This document shows positions 9,790 to 22,400 of a DNA stretch of 64,000 nt, piece after piece. Position numbers and translations under genes: made by a program. The stretch is taken from the NCBI GenBank assembly GCA_036867785.1, contig CP145416.1:434001-498000 (forward strand), in the 5' to 3' direction. The notes beneath the pieces were generated by a model that did not search any database, had not been told where the DNA came from, and saw only the letters and a program-made list of their open reading frames with translations. Each line of letters opens with the position of its first letter. Within the stretch, counting starts at the first letter, position 1. Source of the DNA: Plasmodiophora brassicae. Taxonomy: Eukaryota.

Positions 9790-12700
9790 ATGGGCCAGAT
9801 GGATTTCGCGGCTGCATTGCGAGACCTCGGCCGCCTTGTTGATCGGGATGACCGGTGCGACCTGTACGAGGCCGTCTTTGAGCACATGCGGGCAGGGCGC
9901 GACCTGTGTGGGCAGGAAGGGGAGACGGAGGTGGCGGGCCTGTGCCGCCAGGCCATCGATCGTATCCGTCTAGACCTGCGGCAGACGGCGCACAGCACCG
10001 CTGCGAGCCACGCCGTGCGATTCCTGTCGTTCGTGCTGTCCACGGAGGTGCTCGCCAATGGGCTTCCCGATCGAACCGTCCGTTGACGTCTGATATTTGT
10101 ATCGCGGCGGCTTTGAATAACCGCCGTGTCAGGTTAAACACCTGTTCCAGGACGTGGTGTTTGTGTTAGCCGAGTCGGATCTTGTAACGTGTGCTCAGGC
10201 CATCGTGGTGATCGCTCATGAGGTTACCCAGGGCTACCTATATATGGCAGTGGGCTCTTTCTAACAATGCTACCAACAGATCGTATCCATCACGCGCCCG
10301 CATTTGGTTGCATCGGCATGCTGCGCTGTTCTGCCTGCCATTGTTGACGCCATAACAGTACGCTGGCCAGCCAGCGATCCGCTGACGCTCGAGGCGTCGA
10401 ACGCGTTTGCTCATCTAGCGGAGGTTATACCCGATGCTTTGCATGCCCAGAGGTCTGTCTGGGCCATACCTCTGCTCAAGCTTGCGTTCGACGCTGACAA
10501 CAGGAGGTATTCTGCGTTCGCCCTAACGTGTACTAGTGTCATCCTTTTTAATGGCGTCGATGTGCAGCGCCATTGCGTCTAATGCACTTGCCGCTCTCCA
10601 GTGTATCCGCCCGACTACAGATCGCATTATGTTCCAGGTATTACTGTTCCATGATGTAGTTTGTCTACGCCCCAAATTTATCGTGGTTTAGAAGACGATC
10701 GAGATGCTCCTTGACGACAATCGTCGACGTCTAGTATGGGTCAGTACATGTTCGCGTGACAAATCCATAGAACCGGCACAGGTTGTATCTGTCGTCCGGC
10801 TGTGGGCTGTTATCGTGAAGCTCCTCTCGTTCAGGGTATTCCGTAGCAAACAACTTTGGAATGAGGTTAGGAAGCCTTCCAATGCTCTGTGCAGTCGTTG
10901 TAAATGACCGATTGTAGATTGTGAGCGTGTGGAAGAACTGTCTGAGGCTTTCGGAAACGAGCGCGACTATAGCCTGCCTGGACTCGTGGCAGATTCTTTT
11001 TCATATTGTCCTCTTGCGTCCAAGAAATTTACTGATTCCGGCCATACTAAAGGTGCTGCTGCAACCGATATGGTAGGGCGATATTGTCGATGGTTCCTCC
11101 AAAACAGTTTCGCTAAATCGGTTGTGAAAGCTATATCTTGCAGCCGTTCCCTGAAGGTCGTTCTGCCCCTCATGTTGCCGTATGTCTCAAAGCGGTTGAA
11201 CTTTGGTGCCAATTACTACAGCATCTTCGCGTCTGTGCGAATCCTTTCGAGGGTTTCCGGTACTGATCGTGTCTTTCTAGGGCGCGCTAAATGTTGGTGA
11301 AACAATATCAGCGGTCTACTGTCCTGTTATTCGTTTAATGTGTAAATCCAACCACCCGGCGATTGCTGTTCAAGCGTTCAACGTCTTAGGTTCCCCGAAG
11401 CCATTCAGCTCGGTCATAATGAATGTGGCTAACTGTGTTTCTATGCAGCGTCTATCATGTCTCAATCGTGTGAGCTTCCCGAGTCCCAGATCAGCGATTC
11501 ACAAGTCTTCTCTCAGATCGGATACGATCTGGAGAAGTCATCCTGGATTAGCGAGGGATACACTTTCGTGCTAAAGTTGTTCAAGGCCGTTCTTCGGCGG
11601 ACTGTGACCGACTCTGAAGCTGTCAGTTCCGTCGCCCGTTCATCCGTTGACTTTGGTGTTTACACGGATAACAGGAAGCGTTTGGCAGAGCTTGGTGCGC
11701 TTACCTTAGCGCAGTGTCCCAGCGTTGCCCGGAACGCGCTTCTGACTCTGTTCGCTCCATTGTTGTCGCCGCTCTTCGATGGCCTCACTGTGACAGTCTT
11801 CGAGGTCTCATTGTTGAAGGCGTGTTGCGCCATATTCCGGGTGACCTCATGCTTGGAGATCCCAATACTTCCATTGCTGGTGATTCCTTCTGTCTTTACT
11901 CGTCACCAATCTTCGTACTAACGACGATAAATAGGTTTTATCGCCGGTTCGTATCTGACAGCCATTTGTGTCAACGACAGTGAAGATCGGTATCCTGGAT
12001 TGTTACGTGACTGGAAAGTGTTTCTCGATAAGGTATCGACTTCGCTGGACCTGTGCATGTTTATCGCACGGCAGTCTCCTGCAGCTGTCTCCGATGGCTC
12101 GCTCTGTGCGCACCTGTACGCTGCTCGACATGCACTGAAAATCGCGTCCAGTGAATTGCGAGCCGAATTGCTTACTGTATGCCGGATTCCTTGCTCTTTA
12201 TTCTATTCTCTTACCCGAGCCCAACAGCTGGTCGCGGAGCTTCTCAAGAAAGGGTTCGATCTCCTAGCCTGCCGAGGCCAACGATCTGCGACAAGGTTAT
12301 CGAAAGAGGTGACGTCATGCTGCAGTGTGCTCGGCCGTGCAATTCGCCATGGAGACATAGACGAGAGTAATCTTCCTCTTTGGGATCCTTTCATTGTACA
12401 CTTGCTGCACGCAGGCGAACCTCTTCGCAGTCTGGGCAAGCAGCTGTGGACCGACGCCTGTGGCGATACCCTGAGGCCGTTTACGTCTCCCGCTCTCGCG
12501 CTGGCATTAACTCGCGAGTTCGGACCGCCTCCAAGTCCAGTGCTAGGCGGCCTTTCAAGGTCAACTCCACAGTTCCCTTTGCGTCCACCTCTTAGCTGAA
12601 TGTGTGCCTGTGTTTCAGGTCCACGCGCGTTTCGGAAGACTTTCAGGCGTGGGTTCGCGATTGTGAAGAAATCCTGTCGAGAGGACAGACAGTTGCCTGT

Positions 12701-12796
12701 CGCATGAAGGCTGTCGGTCAAGAGTCTGCTTTTGCAGACCACGTCAGGTCGACGATCCGCGCCTTAACGCAGCTGATCGACAGTGACCAACGCTGA
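9790..12796 (+). CDS. RIF1: Telomere/replication-timing protein RIF1, N-terminal HEAT-repeat region (multi-exon)
   Basis: 'LEASNAFAHLAEVIPDALHAQRSVWAIPLLKL' and 'VRLWAVIVKLLSFRVFRSKQLWNE' parallel metazoan Rif1_N segments (EALNVIVRL..Q.P..M...A..WA; LKLWPLFVKLLG..LHRSG..IN). Many short introns; last plausible exon stops at 12796. Confidence 0.7.
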
Positions 12797-13056
12797 AGTT
12801 TGCAGTGCGATGCTGTCATGCTCGTGCGTCCAGCCACTGTTGTCGATCCAGCGTTTCTGGAGCCCTGTTGGCAACGATATCGGCCACTTTAAAGCACTCT
12901 GGGGCTCTCGGGTCAGAGCTCGATCAACAAGATTGCCAATAATAACGGAATGCTCTGTTGAACACCCAGGTTGATCGATCTCAGGTACGACAGTTCGTAT
13001 ATAGACGTCGTCAGCAAATGGAATATAGGCGGCGCCGGTCGGTCCAGATAGGGCTG

Positions 13057-16000
13057 ATGGCGCCCAGGGCGCGTTCGACATTGGAGATGAAGCGGAAGTC
13101 GGAGATCTCCCCTATTGAATCCGGGCGAAGCGAATCCGGCACGCAATCGTCCCTCTCCAGCCGTCCTAGTAAAGAGATCGTCAAGCCGCTTCTCGACGCC
13201 AAAGCGCATCCACCAACGAACAGCCCATCGAGAGCGGCTTCGTTCCTTGTGAGCCACAGGTCGATTACCAGCGCCAAGAACAAGAAGGAGATTATCGCGA
13301 TCCTTTCTCCCGAGATGCAGATCGAGCAGCAGATCGTGCACCAGCGTAATCAAGTGCCTGTTTGTCTTGCTGCGTTCTGGCTTACAACCGCTCCGTAGTG
13401 AAAGAGGCGCTGAACGATTCGCCGCACTATCGATGGAGCCTTCGGACGGTCAACGGTCAGAGCGTGTCGGGCGACCTGAAGAACGACTCTCGGTCAATGT
13501 ACTCGGCGGGGTTGACGCCACGAGCACCGCTCCACTTCCTGCAGTCCAGGATTGATTTCGAGAGTCCTGGCCTAAAAGTCAGTCAGCATGCGTTCGTGGA
13601 CGGTCTTGTCGGGTAACCTGTGTGGACCTGTAGAAGTATCTGGAAGAAGGCGGAGCAGGCGACGAGCAAGACGGCAGCGAATCGATGGAAAGTACACGCA
13701 GCGCCAATGATGACAGGAGGGTGTCGACAGCGTTGAGCGATACGGGAATGCGATCGATAACGGACGGCATCGAGGAGTACCGTGACTCGGATGACGACGA
13801 TGAAGACGACAACGGTTGGACGTTCCTCCGCCGATGCGTGCATGCTGTACTAATAGGAGAGACCTGCAGATCACGAATTGGAAACGCCGATGGACCAGCT
13901 GATGAAATCGAGGAACTCCTTGCACGACTATGTTGGCGGTCAACTTCGCGAGGTGCGTTCGTTCGCTCCAGCAGAGGAGGGCCACGCTCTGCACCAGCTG
14001 ACGCCAATGTCGTAGCTGTCGAACCTGCGACGTGAGCTCGACCTCAACTACGAAGTGGTTGCCGCGGCTTCTCAGATCGCTGATGAGCACGAAACGTATC
14101 GCCGTTCAGTATGTCCCACCTTCGTTATTCATCATAGGCAAGCCGTAGCTGACTTGCATCTGTGTCTGAAGTCATCCATGTCGACCGCATCGGGCAATGC
14201 CTATTTGCTCGCAATCCTGCGGAAACGAAGGTTCGCCTCTGCCGTCATCTGCAACGACTCTCTAACCGTGTTCGAAATGCAGTGGGCGCCATCCGAGCGT
14301 CGATCCACGCGAACTGGGAGCACAAGCCGATAACATTCGCCTGCAACGAGACATTGACGTCGTCCTTAAAGACATCAGCGCGCATCTGGCCGACCTCAAT
14401 TCAAGATCGACCCGGCCTACGATGGTCACACGAGGTGCCGATGATCCCCAGCGCTTCGTTCGAAACCTATCAGACCTCAGCAGCTACTTCCGGAAAGTGC
14501 TCCGATCGGTTCGTGCGTGTTCGCGCGCTCAGCGAACAGTCACTGACGACTCTGACAGATTGCGACCAGTCATCCCGGGTACGGCTGGGTACTGGAATCG
14601 TGCTGGAAAGGCGCCATGCTCGTCCACGAATGCTGTATCGCTCGTCAGCACGCTTTCCTCGAGCACGGTATCGGCAATCTGGCGACAGTGCTGAACCGAG
14701 ACTGACCCCTGCTTACCTACTGGCTTAGTCAACGGCCAGCTTCAGTGCATTGATCTGCGCCAGTCCTCGTCCAAGGTTGACATGTCGTCAGCGGTAACGA
14801 AGTTGCAGTCGTCGTTCGACGTCGATGTGTACAAGAACAGTCTGGAGATCCTGCAGAAGGGTACCATGCGAGGCGCACCTCTCCCCGGGGGCCTGGGCCT
14901 GACAGACAGCGTGTAGAGATGCACACGATCAAGAAGGAGAATATATCGCTGCGTAGTCGGGTCAAGCAGAGCGAACTCCTCATCCGACAGCGCCTGCTTC
15001 GACATTTGGCTGGTGAAGATAACCCGGTCGCAGACGACGACGACGCGAGCGAGGCCCCGGTGCGAAAGCGCACGCCGTTGTATACTATAGTGTGCCGCTG
15101 AACGACGATCAGGCGTTGGACGTGGACTCGCTTCCCCAATTGCACAGCCGGCAGCCGTCCACAGTTCAGGTCCCCGTCTCGAAACACCTACAGGTTCGCA
15201 CACCGATCGTCGACCGGCCCTCATCGGCATCTGATTCGGTGCCCACCGTCAAGAAACCGGTATCGACTGGACCGCATGTGGGGGATCCTATTGCATACCG
15301 GGATGATGATACGTCGATAGGTTCGCCACTTGTATTCGACAGGGATGCGGTACCGACCAGGAGCGACGGATGGTGCCACTGACGAGACGCTGGAGAAGAC
15401 GTTCATTTCGGCGAGCACCATCGGCCTGGAGAGAATGTCACTCCCAAGGTAATCTGACTGGTGCCCATCGCTGTTTACATCGCAGGGCTGAATGCGATAC
15501 CTGACACGGTTAGCACGACGTTGCGACCCGTGGCTGTGGATCTGGTTCTCGACCGGCTACCTCAGGCAGTGCACCACGCTCTGAAGACCGTCAAGGCCGA
15601 CCTCGTTGGGCTCGCCGGGGGTGGTGCTTCATGATCGATCCGTCACTGAACACGCGGCCTGTAGAATGCGGCTGAGATGGACGACGCTGAACTGTACCGG
15701 CTGTGCATCGAGATCATGGTGGCGTCTGCCGTCGAGCACGGCCACAGTGCCGACGATGAGGTTCGCGTGTTGCCGCTGCGATGCGACCGGATGCTGACGT
15801 CCGCACAGGCGACGCCGATTCGGCACCCGCTCGAGTTGCCCGACTTCCTCAAGGTCTTCTTCATGATGCGGTACGGCACGAAGAAGCGGGCGGACGTGGA
15901 GATGGGCCGGTAGGTGCCTGCGGTGGGGGGGGGGGGGGGGGTCCCCATGCCCAGGTTAACGAGCGCGTTGGGTTACAGGTTATGCCGGGCGTTGCAGAAC

Positions 16001-17330
16001 GTGTACAGGCAGGACGTTGAGCCCACGCCGTGTGGGACGCTGCCAGTGACGTCGTGGATGTCGAAGTTCGTCGGCATTGCTCGTGGGAACCTGCCGCTGC
16101 AGGCCTACTCTGTTGTCGTGTACGCGTTCGTTCACTGGCACCAGTCACACGACGTCGAAAAGGTCAGCACCTGCCGTGGACCCGCCAGTGCCCCCCGATC
16201 CTGAGCAACGGGCGCAGACCCACTCGAAGGCGCTGAATGCGCTGTTCGACTCAAAGTCAACGATCCTGGTCGGCGGCGGCGACGTGGACCGCAGCGTGCC
16301 GAGGAAGGCGTCCACCGACTTCCTCAGTCCCGATCTGCTGATCCCGCTCGAGGTCGCCGACGTCATCCTGACCAAGACGCATGCGGCGTTCGGGTTCCAC
16401 AGTTCGTCGTTCGAGATGGCGAAGAGCCACCTCGAAAGCGAGGCGATCCTTGCCGATGGATCGGCGTACGTCCGACGCTCGCGCGTCTCAGTCGGGTGGC
16501 TGATCAGCGCGCTCTGAAACAGGATCAGCCCCGGCGACCGTGCCCTGTTGCTGACGCTGCATCACATTCACCAGGGCATCGAGGCGCGCTGTAAGGCGAA
16601 GCAGATCCGCGTCGACGACATCGAGTCGCTGTTCCGGCGGTTCGACCCGAGGCGATGGTACCCGGGGAACGATCGCCGGTCCGCCCTGCCCGACTCGCTG
16701 ATCGTTTCCCCCCATTCGGCAGCGGTCGCATGCAACTCCTGCAGTTCATATCCTGCATTCGCAGCCTGCACTGCAACGTCACCGACGCCGACATCCACAG
16801 CATCATCCGCCTGTTCGACACGAGCTCGAAGAACTTCCAGGAGGTCGACTACAAGAAGTTCGCCAAGTGCTTCAGCCCCGTGACACAGTTCGTCACCGTC
16901 CACACGAGTGCGTTGTCCCGAACCGGTATCGAGCGGGGCGCCAATCTGACCAGTGGTCGTCCCTTCCCCCAGTGATGTCGTCCGTCATCACGATGTGGTC
17001 CAGCGAAACCCTGCACAACGAAACGCGTGCCATGCGGAGCTTCGTCACCAACGATTTCAAGCAGCGCGTCTACGACCTGGCCGAGTTCACCGGTATCCTC
17101 CAGAGCGTCGACCCCGGTTCGTGCCCGAGCGCCCATGCTCTGTCCCGGCTGATCGTTTGCATCGTGACGCAGACATTTCCGCCAGGGACGCGGCCACCTA
17201 CTTCCAGGAGTGCCTGGACATATCGGGGACGAACTTCGTCACCAGGGAGACCTTCCTGACGATGGCACGGTCGCACAGCCTCTTCAATCGATCCGTCGTC
17301 AAGCGGTGTGGCAACAAATACATAGCATAG
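13057..17330 (+). CDS. Large multi-exon hypothetical protein with C-terminal EF-hand-like motifs (may be two genes)
   Basis: Chain of exon-like ORFs separated by GT-AG introns. EF-hand-like 'DIHSIIRLFDTSSKNFQEVDYKKFAKCF' and 'YFQECLDISGTNFVTRETFLTM'. Stop at 17330. Confidence 0.5.
15925..15941. repeat. G17 homopolymer run
   Basis: 17 consecutive G within a probable intron (GTAGGT...CCCAG) of the EF-hand gene. Confidence 0.9.
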
Positions 17331-17365
17331 GCGACGTTCGCGAACGGGGCAGAAACGTCTGACGT

Positions 17366-19356
17366 TTATTGCTTGGCGTTCACTGATTGTACCTTGGAGG
17401 CGACGACCTTGTAGTCGGCGGCCGCCCGGCGAATCTCCCCAGCGACCGCGGCCCCATCGTCGTTCCCTTTCTCCAGGTCGTCCATGATCTGGTGCAGGCG
17501 GACGAACAGGCCCTCGAGAAACCCGACCAGCTGCCGGCACCGATCAAACCCGGCGGCGAACGATGGCACGACGACGCCCGATCGTACCTGCGTGATCTGG
17601 CGGACGTCCTTGTTGGCGTCCGACGACGCTGGCTTTGGTCGCGTGCTGGAACCCCCAGGTTTGCGCGTCACGCTCGACGCCGCCGCCGTCGCCGGCTTCG
17701 CTGCTGCACTTCGAGGCCTTGCCTGCTTCCGCCTGGTCCCCTTGGCAGGAGGCACCGAGGAAGGTCGCGCGGGTGCCTGAACCACCCGGTCACCCACAGG
17801 CATGCACCACGATCAGGTATAACGCGAACCTGCTGCTGGTGAGCCGTCGCCGCCGTCTTGAGCGCCGCGTTCTCCTGCTCCAGTTGCCGGATGCGCTTGC
17901 GAAGCCTGTCCTGGGCCTGCGTCTGCGTGTGCACCTCGTCGACGATGGCCGCGATCAGGTCGTCGACGGGGCCCGGGTCGGGAGCAGTCAGCTTCGCCAC
18001 CAACGCCTCCAAGGCATCCTTCAGCGGCAGCCTTGCCGTTCCGGCAGACGTTGGCGAATCCGGCACGCGAACGTTGACCTTATCGCGAGGGACGTCAGCG
18101 TCAGCGTGCCAGGCACGACAATCCCGTTACGGTTTTAAACGCCGACGGGCTGGTCGGCCTCGTCGACGGCCACTGCGACTTTGCCTTGCGCGCTCTCCAG
18201 ACCGGTTTCGATGGCGACGCGGGCAGGATCGCCGTCGGCGATGGTGTCCCGTGCTGCGGCGGGGTTAAGAATGCGACACTGCGCGCGCAGTGACCGGCGC
18301 CTGGTTGCCCCTCCTCCTACCTTGCGGTCTGCGCGCTCGACGAGTCGCCTGGCAAGGCGATCGATGAGCAGGGCGTCACGACAGGCGATGTCGTCGATCC
18401 GGACGACGCTCAACGCGGCGTTGGTGTCGAGGACGTCGACCAGGTCGCCGACGGCGCCGGCGCCGATCGGGTTGGCGCTGAGGTCGATCTCGAGCAGCCA
18501 CTTGTCGTCGGCCAGGGCCTCGGCGAGCTCGTGGACGCCCCGGTCGGTGATGGCGTTGCGCTGCAGGTTGAGGGCGAGGACGCCGAGCTGGGCGACCGGC
18601 GCGCTCGGCTGATCGGACCGCAGCTTGTCCTGCCATTTGGCGACGTCCCGCCTCGTGTTGTGGCTGTGCAGCAGGTCCCTGACCGGCCGCATGCAGGCGT
18701 CGGTCAGGTTGCACCCCTCGAACTCCCACCGGTTGATCTGCCCCTGCGACAGCGACTGGACCAGCCCTGGTGGCGGCGGCCCATTAACCATACGGTTGCC
18801 AACGGAGGGGGGCGAGCACCCTACTGGCGAACGTGGCGTCGTCGATCGGCATGTCCCGCAGGGTGACCGACCGCAGCGATCCGGTCGAGGCGCCCAGCGC
18901 CGCCGGCAGGCGCTTGACGAGGGCGGGCGGCAGCGCGTCCAGCTCGACGGTGACCAGCTGCGTGTTCCTGGCCAGGCCCCTGACCAGCAGCTTGATGAAC
19001 TCCTTGTCGGCCAGGCGCGTGCTCGAGTAGGCGACGTCGCGGCGCGGCTTCCCGCCGGCGGTGCCCTCTGCCGTGTGTCGAATCAGCCAATGGGCCCCTG
19101 GCCTGCGTCGGCGGCGGTGGCGCGTACTGGCGCGGGCCGACGACCCGATCCGGACCGTCGTGAACGACGGCACCGCCTGCAGCGCCTTGCACAGGGTCTC
19201 CAGCACGAACCCGGACGTCGTGTGCGTGTCGAACTCGAGCGTGTCGTCGCCCAGCTGCTTGACGATGTTCTCGCCGACCTGGGCGGAACGCGCATCGCAA
19301 CGGCGCTTGACGAGCGCCTGCTTCGGGTTCAGCGACGCCGCCGACGCGACCACCAT
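17366..19356 (-). CDS. CEP78: Centrosomal protein CEP78 (LRR protein), spliced
   Basis: 'LLHSHNTRRDVAKWQDKLR...LGVLALNLQRNAITDRGVHELAEALADDKWLLEIDLSAN...LDTNAAL' matches the CEP78 LRR core (RR...W..SLR; L..DLWL..LDL). C-terminal coiled coil 'LRKRIRQLEQENAALK'. Confidence 0.8.
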
Positions 19357-19472
19357 CGGTTGGTGCTGCGTCCGTCCTATGACGACCAGCCGCCACTACG
19401 ACGTGGGCGAATGCAACCCCATGTCGTCGGGCAGTATACGACTCGGTGCCGAAACCGGGCACGGATTCATTA

Positions 19473-22400
19473 TCACAACCGCCTCGAACGGGCGGTACCG
19501 GGGGGCGCCGGTTTCCGCCTGGAGCTGGCCGCCCGGATGTTGTCGCTGAGGAAGTTCTTGGCCCTGGCGCTGTTGGCGCTCTGCAACCTCTTCATGGTCG
19601 CCTCGTCGATGAACGAGCTGAACGTGTGGCGGCCGCGAGGCGGCGCGTAGTGCGGGTGCGACCCGCGAACCTCGTACGCCCACTCCATGTCGGCCGTGCG
19701 TATCTGGAGGCGCCCGACGACGACCTTGCCGTAGGCGGTCGGCGCGAACGACACGATGAAGAGCGTGCCGAGCGAGTCGCGAGGCGCCAGCACGCCAGAC
19801 GTCGGGTGCACCGACAGCTGGCACGGCGCATCCGACGAGAACGCCGCCTGGAACGGGGCCGGCTCGCTGGCGACGTTCGTCAGGCGGAACGACACGTTGC
19901 CGACCTGGTTCAGGTCGGCCGTGATCCGGATGACGTCGTCGACGTCGGGCTCGCTGACCACGAACCGGACGTCGAAGGTCCACTGGCACCCGGACGACTT
20001 GCTGACGACGAGCAGGGCGTTCGCCGTCATCGACCGCAGCGGCGTCATGGCGACGTCGAACTGGAGCACGGGGCCCTGGGGCGTCAGGTGCGGCCGGGCG
20101 GCCCGGGCGCCGACCGAGAACGACTGCGACAGGGTCGCCTGGGCGATGTCGTTCGGCGTGCAGTCGACGAAGCGCAGGTCGGTGGTGAACGTGTCGCGGT
20201 CGATGTCGGCCTCGGTGACGCCGGGCAGGCCGAGCGTGATCGCCTTGGACAGGGTGGCGCGCGCCGGGCACGTGAATTGCTGGCGGTCGGCGGAATGGAT
20301 GTCGGCCTCGCCGACCAGCGGGTACATCCATCGCAGGCCGGACGACGCCTCGACGACGATCTGGGCCGTGGTCCTCGCGAGGTCGTTGGGCTTGTAGAAG
20401 AACGGGATCTGCAACGTGGCCTGGCCGGCGACACGCGCCGTCGTGCGCTTCATGAACAGGTGGAAGTTGCTGGTGCCGTCCTCGACCAGCGAGACGTGCA
20501 CCCGCATCGGGTCGTCGAACGGGTTCCTGAATTGCACCAGACTGGACAGGCGCTGCCGGACGGGCGACACGAGGCGGATCGGCGGCAGGGCCGTTGGCGG
20601 CAGGCCAACGCCGGACACGTGGAACACCCAGTCGCCCGCGATCCCGCTCGAGAAGCGCACCTCGGCGGATTGCACCTCGTTCAGCGTCGACGGCGTGTAC
20701 ACGATCTGGGCGACGAACGCCCCCGATGCCGGCAGCTGGATGTGGGTCGGGCGCACCGAGAAATTCTTCGGCTGCGACGACACGGGGACGACCTCGACGG
20801 CCTCGTCCGTCGGGTTCGCGAGCGTCACCTTGGCGACCGCCTGCGCGACGCGGTTAACGATGGCGAGCGACCGGTCCCGAATGACGACCCTACCTGCGAC
20901 CCGGCCTCGCATTCCAGCAGCGCAAGGCGAACCGGTTCGGGCTCCAGGCACGACAGGTCGAGCTCGTACCAGAACTCGCCGATGGTCGGGTTCACGAAGT
21001 GGACGGACCCACTGGCGGGGCCGGTTCGTAACGGGGCGTACACCAGCGCGTACGTCGCCGACGATGACGGCGCCAGCGACAGGCGATCCGGCCCGTCGAG
21101 GTAGTCGCCCTCGATGCGAACATCGAACGACATCGGCGTGCCCAGCGGGTTGGACAGCTCGAGCTCGGCGGTCGCCGCCTGCCGAAGCGGCGCGCTGATG
21201 GAGACGGTGGATTCGGCCGCCGGCCTCGACGCCGTCACGTCGACCGCGAACCACTGGTACTGCCCATCCGCCGTTACGAACGTCAACGACCCGCTGAATT
21301 GCCCGCCGAGCTGAGGCGTCAGCACGAGGCGATAGTCGCGCCTCGACCTGGCGGGCACCTTCAGCGTGCTGTCGCCGCCGACGTACGGCAGGTCCGACTC
21401 GACGCGATACTCGACGTCCTGCGACACGCGTTAGTCGAACGGACCCGCCCCGAGCCAGCGACCCGACTCCCGTACGTCGTTGCCGCCGTTCTCGACGGTG
21501 AACGTGTGCTCGGACGACTCGCGAGCGTTGCACTTGATCTGGACGAACCTCACCGGGAGCGGCTCCTTGCTGACCCCTTTCAGCTGGAACGTGTACGTCT
21601 GCTTGTTCGTCGCGTTGGTCAGGACCAGGGCGCCCTCGACCTGGCAGATCCATTGCGGGCGGAAGTCGAGCGGGTACTCGCCCGTGCTGCGCTTCGGGAC
21701 CGTTATCGCTGGCGGGCCGGACCACCCGGGCCCCGTTATCTCAGCGGTGAGGCGCCATTCGTTGTCGGAGTTGTTGACGATGGGCACCAGCTGGCGAACG
21801 AGCTGGCCGGCGGCCACCTCGAACTCGAGGGCGGCCCGCATGCCCTCGGATTGGACCAGGAACTCCAATTGCAACACGCGGACGTCGAGTTCCGACCGCA
21901 ACGTCACCTCGACGGGGTACGTGCCCGGCTGCCCGCCTCGGAAGGTCACACGTAGAACGTTGTCGTCCTGGTGGCCGGGTTCGTTGGAAGGCGCAGCGCC
22001 CTCCTTCGGTTTCGCTGCGCGCGAGCCTATTGCAGGACGGTTAAACGTGTGAGGGTGTCGTTGCCTGGCTCCAAACGTACCCGACGGCTTCTCGCTCAGC
22101 GTGATCGTCCGGGGAACGATCGCGTATGGCGATGAACTCTCACAGGCGTATGTGAGGGGCATGGGGAGGAACTCGGCGCTCTTCGGCTCATCCTTGGCAG
22201 ACGATTTCGTGGACGATGGCAGGGGGCGCGCCCGCTCCAGTAATGGGTTGGCGCAGGTCAGCGGGACCTCTTTGACGACCGACGTGTTCTCCTTGCAGGT
22301 CACGCGGAGGACGTCGCCGAACGGGTTCGGCCCATCGACGTACCCAGTCACCTCGATGCGTAACTCGCCGACCTTGTCGTCGCAAAGGTTCACCTGGCAT

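Noticed and set aside
19446-21104. 552-aa plus-strand ORF (and other long ORFs such as 24018-25187) antisense to CFAP47
   Set aside because: Shadow ORFs caused by high GC3 in the real minus-strand gene; Arg/Gly/Ala-rich with no recognisable motifs.
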